Shown: in pieces, positions 1-11,667 of the stretch | Layout: each line of letters begins with the position of its first letter | Numbering within the stretch: the first letter of the stretch is position 1 | From: Octopus bimaculoides | Taxonomy: Eukaryota | Assembly: GCF_001194135.2 (NCBI RefSeq) | Contig: NC_069007.1 | Coordinates: 4,239,186-4,303,185 of the forward strand | DNA length: 64,000 nt | Direction: 5' to 3' | Program-made: the position numbers and the translations under genes | The notes under the pieces: generated by a model | What the model was told of the DNA's origin: nothing | The model's database searches: none | What the model saw: only the letters and a program-made list of their open reading frames with translations

Positions 1-83
1 ATCCTAACAGTATGGGTGTTGGGGGTGTGGGCCTGTAGCCTGGGAAGAGGAAAAGCAGTGTCGTGTACCTGATATATATATAC

Positions 84-115
<32 letters not shown>

Positions 116-128
116 GTATGTATGTATG

Positions 129-193
<65 letters not shown>

Positions 194-350
194 ATGTATG
201 TATATATATTATCACTTAAGCATTGTGAGACTTCTAGCCTGGTGTAGAACTCAATATATATATGTTTCAGAACACAGTGTTAGAGGAGTACAGAGCAGTA
301 ATAAAAACAAGACGACACAGGAAAAACAATGGTTATGTTGTTAACTTCAT

Positions 351-434
351 TAGCTTACAGCTGTTTCTACTATAAGATGCAGTGGACTTTTAGTTGGGTG
401 CCTGAATAACATCCTATAGCTTCATTGGAGCCTC
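351..434 (-). ncRNA. Degenerate type I hammerhead-ribozyme-like motif in a TA-flanked element
   Basis: Minus strand reads GGCU-CCAAUGA-(11-bp helix II)-GAAACAGCUGUA/AGCU; core has two substitutions versus CUGANGA. Confidence 0.45.
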
Positions 435-839
435 AAATATGAAGTGCAATTTATTTGGGAAAAACAAATTACATTTCTCCAATGTACAGAGAAGGTATTA
501 TCAGTGAGAAAGTCATTGGTATATATATTTATTTAAAACAGTTTACTTTGGCTCCATGCAGCTTAATCTTTTGTGAGCTTCTGGCAGAAACTCATCGTTT
601 GATTCCCAGACTGGGCATTGTGTTGTGTTCTTGAGCAAAGCACTTCATTTCACGTTGCTCTGTGATCATTTCAACATCTGACATGTGGCACCCAGTTGCA
701 TCTGTACAGGTAATGTCGATTTGATGGCTTGAGTGAGCTTATGTCTACACAAACATTTGATCACTATAAACAAATCATCTGTGTGGTTGTCCAATTAGGA
801 ATTGTCAAACCCTCATACATCATCTAACGACGAGAATCC

Positions 840-870
<31 letters not shown>

Positions 871-3800
871 NNNNNNNNNNNNNNNNNNNNNNNNNNNNNN
901 NNNNNNNNNNNNNNNNNNNNNNNNNNNNNNNNNNNNNNNNNNNNNNNNNNNNNNNNNNNNNNNNNNNNNNNNNNNNNNNNNNNNNNNNNNNNNNNNNNNN
1001 NNNNNNNNNNNNNNNNNNNNNNNNNNNNNNNNNNNNNNNNNNNNNNNNNNNNNNNNNNNNNNNNNNNNNNNNNNNNNNNNNNNNNNNNNNNNNNNNNNNN
1101 NNNNNNNNNNNNNNNNNNNNNNNNNNNNNNNNNNNNNNNNNNNNNNNNNNNNNNNNNNNNNNNNNNNNNNNNNNNNNNNNNNNNNNNNNNNNNNNNNNNN
1201 NNNNNNNNNNNNNNNNNNNNNNNNNNNNNNNNNNNNNNNNNNNNNNNNNNNNNNNNNNNNNNNNNNNNNNNNNNNNNNNNNNNNNNNNNNNNNNNNNNNN
1301 NNNNNNNNNNNNNNNNNNNNNNNNNNNNNNNNNNNNNNNNNNNNATAATTACTGCTTTCAACTAGCTAATTTATACTTATTTATAAATTAGTGTGTAAAT
1401 ATGTACTCTAGTCTATATATATATATTTATTTATTTAAAAATGTAGTGGTAACACACGAGTAAGTAGATATTTATGAAAAAGAACAAAAATGCTACTTTT
1501 TTTAAAATTAGGTACATTTAAATTTCTTTATATAAATACATTGAAAAAATGTTGTTTTTTTTACATGATTCTGTTGTTTATAAACCTTATCAAAAATATG
1601 TACTTAAATGAAATATGTAGAGAAAAAATTATTAATAAAATAATTAATAAAATAAACGTTCTTAGTGTACTTTTCTTTTTCCTGCAAGGGCACGTGGTAA
1701 TTTCCATTAATTTTCGTGGCATTGCTAGTAACAACTTTAGCAGCTGTCTATGGTGGTAAATGAAGTAGTGTGGTCAAAACTGTTTTCAATAGGAGTGGCC
1801 ACAGCAGTCAAATAAGCAGCAGTAGCAACCATAATAGTCGTTGTAAAGTTATCTCCCTTGAGGTCTTCACAGAAATAGATTTATTCAATCTCTCATCTTT
1901 ATTTCTTATGAATAATATTCAAATAGTTTCAGTGTTTCGAACTTAAAGAATTTAGACTCGGTTGATACTTTATTATGAAATGCATTTACTTGCCAATGTG
2001 TTCATTTTGGCTAGCATTGTCTTTGTATTTGTATAATGGAAAAGTTGTGAATTTGGGATATTTATTGGATGTACATATGTGTATGTGTCGCTGACAAATA
2101 TTTTCCATCTAACCTCTAACACATGCCGGCATAGAAAAGCTGACATAATACAAATGGATGAAATATATATATTTTTATTTGTTATCTTTTATTTAAATGT
2201 GTTTAAACTGAACTTGTCTGCAACCAAGTGTTCAAGTGTTTTTAATCGATAATATCAACTCCGAAAACTTTATCAGTTTAATACGTATTTGATAGTTTGT
2301 TTACCAAAATCATTAAATTAATCTTTATATAAAGTGATGCAATGCAGCACAAGTGTTTACAAGGGTTGACCTAAAACACAGACACCGATACAGAGATAAG
2401 GTTAGTGAAATGCCAGTCATTTGAAAGGCATGTGACAAAATGCTTTGAGAAATTTGTTCCAGACCTCTGTACTCACTGGAAGTCAGCTTTGTACTTTATC
2501 CTATTGGCACTGATAAAATAAAGTACGAGTCGAAAGAGGGAGATTGGCTGAGTTGTTTGAGCATTGAAAAGAATTCCTGCGCTTTATGTTCCAGTTATTT
2601 GCCTTGCCTGACATTGGATGGTAGATTTAATCCATCACCTGATTTAACACTTGTGGAAGGAAATTACCACAACATATAATAATAAACCACGAAAGGTGAA
2701 CCATGATAGGTGGACCATAATATGGTGAGGGATTACTGTATTGTATAATATATTTTAATATAGTATATTATATTTCTATATGATATTAGTGGACTATAAT
2801 AAAATATAGCACATTATAATATGTATAATATAATATAATATAATAAAGTATATCTTTTGTGTATCTTTTGTGTGTTTCCGCCATAAGACTGTGGCCATGC
2901 TGGAGCACGACCTCGATGAATTTTAGTTGAATAAATTGATCCTGGTACCTATTTTTTTTTTAGGTCAGGTACTTACTCTATCAGTTTCTTTTGCTGAACC
3001 ACTAAGTTACAGGGACATAAACACATTAACTCCAGTTGCCAAGCAGTGGTGGGGAACAAACAGGCACAAGGACGGACACATACACACATGTGAGGGGCTT
3101 CTTTCAGTTTCCGTCTCCCATATTTATTCGCAAGCCTCTTATACTATACATTTATTTAATATTCTTATTCTTTTACTTGTTTCAGTCATTTGACTGTGGC
3201 CATGCTGGAGCACCGCCTTGAAAGGTTTTAGTTGAAGAAATCGATCCCAGAACTTCGGGATCGATTTATGGAGACATAAGCACAACAGCATCAGCTGTCA
3301 AGCGATGATAGGGGCACAAACACAGACACACATGTATAAATATATGTTCTGGAGAACATGATTTTTCTTTGTGGTTGGGTCGTTGATGACCTCTTTCTAG
3401 CATATTGGATGTCCACCTAGTTGTCATCCCTTCTTATACGCATATATATATATATATGTATGTATGTATGTATAATGACAGGTTTCTTTTCAGTTTCTGT
3501 CTACCAAATCCACTCACGAGGCTTTGGCTGACCTGAGGCTACAGCAGAAGATACTTGCCCATGGTGCCATGCAGTGGCACTGAACCCAGAACCATGTGGC
3601 TGGGAAGCAACCTTCTTACCACACAGCCATGCCTGCACCTATAATATAATTTGTAATGTATAATGTATATATAACACAAGAACAAGAGTATGTATAGGTC
3701 TACGCTGATTGTTACTTCAGTTGATGCATCTTTATACAACAAACATACATTTACAATCTCTGACTGTGGAGCAAAATGTGTGCGTGTGTGTGTATTTTGT

Positions 3801-4379
3801 ATGAGTGTGTATCTGTGTATCTGTATATATGCGTATATATTGGCCATTGTAAGATATAAAGTGTCGTTGCTAGGTAAATGTTGAAGCAATATAACATGTG
3901 TTTGCCACTTGCATAATTACTGCCTACTGCAACCCTTCCAGCAACCAGCCAACCAAACGACCAACCACACATCCCATCCCATAAACCTCAAGAATCCAGA
4001 TGTTACCATTTAAGGTCTATTAGATCCAATGATTATTCTGACTATCTGTATGTAATGAGTATGCCAGCAGTAGAAAAACTGATTTTATCAGCCTAATCTT
4101 ACAAACATCTTCTTAGACTCAAGTAATGGCTGGCCTGGACTACAGTTTTAAAAACCTCAAACTGTTATTTATGACAAATATAAAGAAACAAATCTCTCTG
4201 TTTCCTGTTTTTACTTCATTCAAAGAAAATAGCCAACGATTTGAAGAATATCAAAACCTCTCTGGAAGGTGATGGATTGCTGGAGCCAAAGCAGAAAGTT
4301 GGAGAGGTTTTGTTGTTTTTATTGGTATGTTTGATGTTATTAGTAATGTAACTACAACATTAGTGTTGTTGCTAATAGT

Positions 4380-5657
4380 ATATGAGGAGGTACCGAAAAG
4401 TGACCGAAAACGTTCACTGTGGGACAAGCTTGTTGTAGTTCAGGCTTCTACTGCTAGAAGTCACTTGATGTGACCCTCAGGCATCAGTCTGCCGACCAGC
4501 ATTGTCTAGTGGGGTCATACTGCCACCTGGTAGGGTTTTTTTTTGGGGGGGGGGGGGGCTTGCAGTGCTTCTCCCCTGTTTGTCGGTTTCTGCAAAGGCT
4601 GAAATGAAGGGACAGAATTGCTTCCATGAAATTCTATTTTCTGCTGAGGAAAACAGTGGCCAAAACAGTCGTCATGCTTCAAGACCACTGCCATGAGCAA
4701 AACACAAGATTACGAGTGGCTTTCATGCTTTAGGAATGATCACTTGAGGCTTGAAGACCAGCCTCATTCAGAGCAACAGCTGACCTCCCAAATAAATGAA
4801 AACCTCATGAAAATTCATAAAGTGATCCTGGAGGACTGTCACTGAACAATTGATGAACTTGTTAATATAATCAGTGTGTCATGGAGTTTCTGCCAACGAA
4901 TTTTGAGCGAGGGATTGTGAATGAAAAGAGTTGCAGCAAAATGTGTGCTTCACTTACTCACAGAAGATCAAAAGCAGTCATCACTGAATGTGTGTTGTGG
5001 ACTGAAAGAACAATTAGCTGAAAGTTGAACCGGACCTTTTTTCAAAGCGAAATCGGGATGGTACCTGTGCCCAGCGTCGCCTTTCTGGCACTTGTGCCCA
5101 TGGCATGTGTAAGGACTTTCGAGCAAGATCGTTGCCAGTGCCCCTGGACTGGCTCTTGTGTGGGTGGCACATAAAATACACCATTTGGGCGTGGCCATTG
5201 CCAGTACCGCCTGACTGACCTTCGTGCCGGTGGCACATAAAAGCACCCACTACACTCTCGGAGTGGTTGGCATTAGGAAGGGCATCCAGCTGTAGAAACT
5301 CTGCCAAGTCAGATTGGAGCCTGGTGTAGCCATCTGGTTTCACCAGTCCTCAGTCAAATCGTCCAACCCATGCTAGCATGGAAAGCAGACGTTAAATGAT
5401 GATGATGATCACTGATGACAAAAGCTGTTGCTGTGGAATTTGCAGATGGGGAAGAGGTGAAGAAGAAAATGACAGGCATTAAAAGGCATCACTTTGCAAG
5501 AGTTCTGGTGCTGCTTCGAACAGTGTAAAACATGCCTGAACTGATGCATTGCTTGAAATGGAGAATACTTTGAAGGAAATAAAAGTGTAAACACGTGAAT
5601 AAAAGAATAAAAGAATACTGCAAAATTCTGGGTTTTTTTGAGGGGTACCCCCTCATA
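4380..5657 (+). mobile_element. Decayed mariner transposon with nested RTE 3' end
   Basis: Imperfect TA-bounded TIRs (tatgaggaggtacc / ggtaccccctcata); transposase relics MKRVAAKCVLHLLTEDQK and NGEYFEG; stops and frameshifts. Confidence 0.8.
5045..5408 (+). mobile_element. RTE-type LINE 3' UTR fragment with (GAT)n tail
   Basis: Close copy at 55835-56205; the related copy at 32470-32850 is preceded by an RTE-like C-terminus. Confidence 0.65.
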
Positions 5658-6058
5658 CAGCACCAAGTTAGGCCTTAATTGAGCCGATAGACCAATGAGC
5701 AAAGGAATCAGTGAAATAGAATCAGTGAAAAGTAGAGGCTTCTTGAGATTCTCTTATCTTAGTTGGAGCTATTTGCATTGACAAACAGCAATACAAATAG
5801 TAGAAAGAGCAGAATAAATAACAGAGAAGTGTGAAGTCTCAAGGAGGATCTTTCTTTGCAGAGACAAATAAATTAACAATAGTGAGTGGGAGGATGCTAA
5901 GTTAATGTAACAGAGGAGAATCAGTGAGAAGGAAGAGGAGGAGTGGTAACAGGTGTTAGCAGTAGGGGTAGGAAGAGGAGACCAGTGGTTAGAGGAAAGA
6001 GAATATATAAAGAATAGCAGCAGATTTGAAAAATATTGACAGGCAGAGGGCGATAATG

Positions 6059-6106
<48 letters not shown>

Positions 6107-6183
6107 TCATCATCATCATCGTTTAACGTCCACTTTCCATGCTAGCATGGGTTGGACGATTTTACTGAGGACTGGTGAAACCA

Positions 6184-6567
6184 GTTGGCACTCCGTCGGT
6201 TACGACGATGAGGGTTCCAGTTGATCCGATCAACGGAACAGCCTGCTCGTGAAATTAACATGGAAGTGAGTGGCTGAGCACTCCACAGACACGTGTACCT
6301 TTAACGTAGTCCTCGGGGGATATTCATCGTGACACAGTGTGACAAGGCTGACCCTTTGAATTACAGGCACAACAGAAACATGAAGTAAGAGTGTGAGAAA
6401 GTTGTGGTGGAAGAGTACAGCAGGGTTCGCCACCATCCCCTGCCGGAGCCTCGTGGAGCTTTAGGTGTTTTCGCTCAATAAACACTCACAACGTCCAGTC
6501 TGGGAATCGAAACCGTGATCCTATGACCGCGAGTCCGCTGCCCTAACCACTGGCCCATTGCACGTCC
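6184..6567 (-). mobile_element. tRNA-head SINE family 1
   Basis: Reverse complement of the 61709-62090 copy. Confidence 0.85.
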
Positions 6568-6902
6568 ACTTTGTTAAATGATAACTATAGTAATCTTTAA
6601 TCACTTGATCAATAATCTATCACTTTAAATCTGGAATAATTCGTCTGTTGGAAAGGGACTATCTTTGTGTCAGTAAACCTACATTGCTATCTCAAATAAT
6701 AAACAAACTCTGTATAACATTTAAATCTACTCATTGATAGATTCCTCGCTCATCTCGTTTCTATTGTATTTTAATAACGTACAGCTTGTCTCTTCTCATC
6801 TTGTTATTAGCTGATATTTTTTTCTATGACATCTCTGTTGTGACAAATTAGCAATCAAATAATTGGCAAAAAGAAAAACATTCCTGATATTAATGATAAC
6901 AC

Positions 6903-6910
6903 TGACGTCA
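6903..6910. promoter_or_regulatory. Perfect CRE palindrome TGACGTCA upstream of the first traced exon
   Basis: Exact 8-mer in unique sequence about 190 nt before an AAAC-ATG-G; function unproven. Confidence 0.2.
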
Positions 6911-7378
6911 GGTGTGCCATGTGGGATAATAAAGAAGACTTAATTATTCAGAGAGTGAGAAGTCCATGGAAATTGTTGTTTAAAGCAACTTTTATCTGTA
7001 AAACTCAGTATTCTGTACATTGACTTATGCTTCCCAGAAGTTGAAAAATCAATATTGTAATCAACAGCAATTAACACAACCACACCACTAAACAAACAAA
7101 CATGGTACTTAGGCTGTTGTTGCTTTTGTTGTTAGAATTGTTAGCATCATAGAAAAAACACTTAGCAGTCTTTTGTCCACCTTGATGTTCTGAGTTCAAA
7201 TTCTGCCAAGGTCAACTTTGCCTTTCATCCTTTCAGGGTCAATAAATTAAGTACCAGTGAAACACTGGGGAGTCAATTAAATTGACTAGTCCTCTCCCCA
7301 AACATTTCAAGCCTTGTGCCTATAGTAGAAAGGATTATTAATATTATTATTATTATTATTATTATTATTGAGTGAGAG

Positions 7379-7685
7379 AGCAGTGCATGCCATCAGAGTG
7401 ACACTGGGGCAAAATATATGAAGCCCATTATACCCATCATGACTACCCGTCTGATAAGGGTACACCAGGCACATACATCACAACCATATGTGTGCAACAT
7501 GGTGATCTCATATCAAGATAAACAGTGCATGACCTCGCAGGTGGGGCCCAGTTAGAATTTTCTTCAGGTCGAGTAGCCCATCCCGCTCAAAAGGTCCCTG
7601 AATAAGGGTTGCTTAAGGATGTTGAGCAAAACACCCATGTTTCTAAAGGTGAATTATTCAAACCCCAAAGAATTCCTCTCAACAT
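7379..7685 (-). mobile_element. Unclassified (TAA)n-tailed retroelement 3' end or SINE
   Basis: Second copy in opposite orientation at 40707-40932; both end in (AAT)n. Confidence 0.6.
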
Positions 7686-7737
7686 ATAGAGGAGTCTATC
7701 AACTCAGAGTTTCTAACAAATTCTTTTCTTCTTTCAG

Positions 7738-7935
7738 CCATATTTGCGAAAATACAATCAAGATTGAAAAATCTACAACAGCCAAATGTTCTGAATTCTA
7801 TACCAAAGTTTTAGAAGGATATTTTCTGAATCGAACTGCATCAGAACTAACAAAAGTCAGCACTTCTGAGTTACAAAGAAAACTCCTTCAATGGCAGAAG
7901 CTCCCTGCTTCCAGCCCTGTATGTGTTTTCACCAA
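7738..7935 (+). CDS. SSPO: Exon 1 (first traced; EMI-like N part [21 protein letters not shown]...SPVCVFT)
   Basis: ttttcttctttcag acceptor, gtaagt donor, 198 nt, phase 2-2, joins exon 2 in frame. Confidence 0.75.
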
Positions 7936-9013
7936 GTAAGTCACATCATTTCTTTATCTCTCTCTGCTTTTTTTTTTTTTATAAAACTTTAAAATATTAA
8001 ATGATTTTTTTCAAAACAGAAACTATTCATTTTCCTTGGCCAATCATCGGTCTTTAATCCATAATTTGGATTGTGTCTCAATCTATCAGCAATCTTTAAT
8101 CCATCATTTGAACTGTCTCAATCTGTCGTCAATCTTTAACCAACCATTTGAACTGTTTGAATTTATCATCAATCTTTAATCCATCATTTGGATTGTGTTT
8201 CAATCTGTCAGCAATTTCTAATCCATCATTTGAACTGTGCCTCAATCTATTATCAATCTTTAATCCATCATTTGAACTGTGTCTCAATCTATCATCAATC
8301 TTTAATCCATCAGTTGAACAATGTATATCACAATACTCTCTCGGTTAACCACTAATCTTTGATCCATCATTTGAACTGTGCCTATCAGAATAGTTTTTCT
8401 CGGTTAAATCAGTCTTTCTCAGTTAAATCATCATTTCAACAGTGTCTATCTTAAATTGGTTTTAAAACTCTAACAATGGTGGTTTCTCCACTGTTAAATA
8501 TTCCAGACAAATATTTTCTTCAACTTTCTAGTAATTTCACATTATTAACAGTGCAAAACCTGTTTCAAAAGACTGACTTTCTCTTAACAGCCAGAAAATA
8601 TTTCAGTCCCAATCAACTGTTAGCTTTCTACAAAGCTCAAGTAAGATTCACATTTGGGATACACATAAAAAAAATCAAACCAAGACCATTAGTTCACACT
8701 CTTTTGACTTTTTTTAATAGCTCCTATAATGGTCCCTTCTCCTCAAAGTCAGGTAATTACATATTATAGTCTCACTAGTCCGCACAATAAACCAGTTTCT
8801 GCTCTTATTGTTAGCCATTTCTGTCTGCCCTTGGTACCTTGTACTCATAACTATGACCAGTTCTTCTTCCTCAGGACACAAAAGCCCTGAAATTCATTTC
8901 TTGCCCTTGTTTACCTTATGGCTGTCAATGTGTAGTGATTCAAATCAACCATTACCTTCTCTACCTCACCAGTTTCAGGGAAAGGGAGGTCTGCAAGAGT
9001 TCTGGCACTCCTC

Positions 9014-9062
<49 letters not shown>

Positions 9063-9067
9063 TTCTT

Positions 9068-9103
<36 letters not shown>

Positions 9104-9179
9104 NNNNNNNNNNNNNNNNNNNNNNNNNNNNNNNNNNNNNNNNNNNNNNNNNNNNNNNNNNNNNNNNNNNNNNNNNNNN

Positions 9180-9222
<43 letters not shown>

Positions 9223-11634
9223 CACACACAAAAAAAAAAAACAGGCATAACTGTGTGGTAAGAAGCTTGCTTCCCAACCACATAGTTCCAGGTTCAGTCC
9301 CACTGTGTAACACTTTGGGCAAATGTCTTCTATTATAGCCTTGGGCCAACTAAAGTCTTGTAAATGGAATTGGTAAATGGAAACTGAAAGAAGCCCACCA
9401 TATATGAATATACATATAAACTGATACTCTGTCAGTTATGACGACGAGGGTTCCAGTTGATCTGATCAACAGAACAGCCTGTCTGTGAAATTAACATGTG
9501 AGTGGCTGAGTACTCCACAGACACGTGTACCCTTAATGTAGTTCTCTGGGAGATTCAGCATGACTACTACTGGAAAGGATCTGAAACATAGAATTGGAGC
9601 TGCACCCCGGGGCATTTGGAAAGCTAATCAAACATGTTTTCAACAACGAAGATCTGAACTTAACAATGCAAATTATGGTTTATAAATGCTGTTGCCATTT
9701 CAACTTTGCTGTGAAACTTGGACTCTGTATTGTTGCGACATCTAAAAATTAGAATGCTTTCACTGACAAAAGCTTCATTCAATCTGGAACATGATTAGTC
9801 ACTAATCTATCATTGAACGATATCTGCTGATCATCCACCGATCATCCATCAAATCTATTCTCTAATCATTCACTGATTACCATCTACAATCACTGACCAG
9901 CCACAAAATTACAACCATTTATCTGTAACCTCTGACCAGCAACCGATCGTTCATCAAACTTTATCATCTGATCTATCGTTGTACTCTATCAAGTGATCTA
10001 CCATCTACCATCTACCATCTACCATCTACCATCTACCATCATCCTATATCTTTTAACAGGCCATTATCTACCATTAAACTTTATCATCTGATCAGCTACT
10101 AATCGACCATCAAACTAAATGCCTCTCTTCTGCCTCTCCCACCAATATTACAATTAAATATTATCTTCAGTCTTCTCCTTTTTCCCTCTTCTCCTTTTTC
10201 CCTCTTCTCCTTTTTCCCTCTTCTCCTTTTTCCCTCTTCTCCTTTTTCCCTCTTCTCCTTTTTCCCTCTTCTCCTTTTTCCCTCTTCTCCTTTTTCCCTC
10301 TTCTCCTTTTTCCCTCTTCTCCTTTTTCCCTCTTCTCCTTTTTCCCTCTTCTCCTTTTTCCCTCTTCTCCTTTTTCCCTCTTCTCCTTTTTCACTCTTCT
10401 CCTTTTTCCCTCTTCTCCTTTTTCCCTCTTCTCCTTTTTCACTCTTCTCCTTTTTCACTCTTCTCCTTTTTGCATATCTCCTCCTCACTTTAATGCTCTA
10501 TGTGTCTCCTCTTCCAAATCACTTTAGGAAATTATCATCTCACTGGTAATGATGAGTCTCAAGTTCTAACAAGCTATCACCAATTGTCATTTAAACATTT
10601 TAATTTCATAAAGAGTATTTCAGACAAGCCACCTGGGACAGTCTTCAGAAAAGCTCCCCACTCTATTCTATATACTTTGGAAGAGTTAGACACATGCCAA
10701 GCTAACTTAACTTTGCTAATAAATAAAGCAGAGGACATGAGATAAAGATCCTGACTTCTGAAGGTTGTCTTGGAAAGTGAGATTTATGCAGTTGACATTC
10801 AACTTGAATATTGTAGGTTAATAAGATGGCGAGCTGGCAGAGATGTTAGCACACCAGGCAAAATGCTTAGCGGTATTTCATCTGTACATTCTGAGTTCAA
10901 ATTCTGCAGAGGTCGACTTTGCCTTTTATCCTTTTGGGGTTGATAAATTAAGTACCAGTTGTGTACTAGGGTCGATCTAATTTACTGGCCCATCCCCAAA
11001 TTTTTTGGGCCTTGTGCATAGAGTAGAAGAGAATATTGTAGGTTAATGTTTGCAAGGAAAAAACGAAGAGACAAACCAACAAACAAAGCAACATGGATGG
11101 TGTAGGATATTTCCAATTGGTTGCAGTCTTGTGGTGGAACAACTCAACCATTTTATGCATTTCCCCTACTTCACCACAAGAGGGCCTTTGAGGAAGAAGA
11201 ATTTTTGTTACAATAAAGATATATGTCCTGATGGTAAAGTATTGATAAAATATTAACCACTAGATGGTTGCTTCCCAGCCATATGGTTTTGGGTTCAGTC
11301 CCACTGTGTGGCACCTTGGGCAACTGTCTTCTACTATGGCCTCAGCCTGACGAAAGCTTTGTGAATGGATTTGGTTGATGGAAACTAAAGGAAGCCCACA
11401 TATTTCATACTACTGTCAAGTACAGCGGTATGAAGTAAGCTCTATTGTCACACTCTCTATGATGTATTAAGTGATTAAGTGAAGGGTGTCATGGTTGGAT
11501 CTGCTAGAAGTAGTTGGCCACACTTTGGATAACAAGCACTTTCAACAAAATATTTAACTCTGTTGGATATGTGGGTATTTTCCAAATACCTCACAGCCAC
11601 TCTGTGTGTGTGTGTATGTATGTGTGTGTGTGTG

Positions 11635-11667
<33 letters not shown>

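Noticed and set aside
802-1365. Long ORFs spanning N runs (also near 20007, 22903, 24950, 34685)
   Set aside because: Made of X residues from assembly gaps; not evidence of coding.
1720-1875. Minus-strand short frame IYFCEDLKGDNFTTTIMVATAAY...
   Set aside because: No start codon, convincing splice sites or recognisable domain.
4274-4324. ATG...TG/gtatgt phase-2 candidate first exon (MDCWSQSRKLERFCCFY)
   Set aside because: Phase fits and the donor is good, but there is no hydrophobic signal peptide; cannot be supported without transcripts.
8051-8385. Regularly spaced repeats as a possible CRISPR array
   Set aside because: Contiguous tandem units without unique spacers, in a eukaryotic intron.
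10099-10488. [14 protein letters not shown] repeat ORFs
   Set aside because: Translation of the 16-bp pyrimidine minisatellite.
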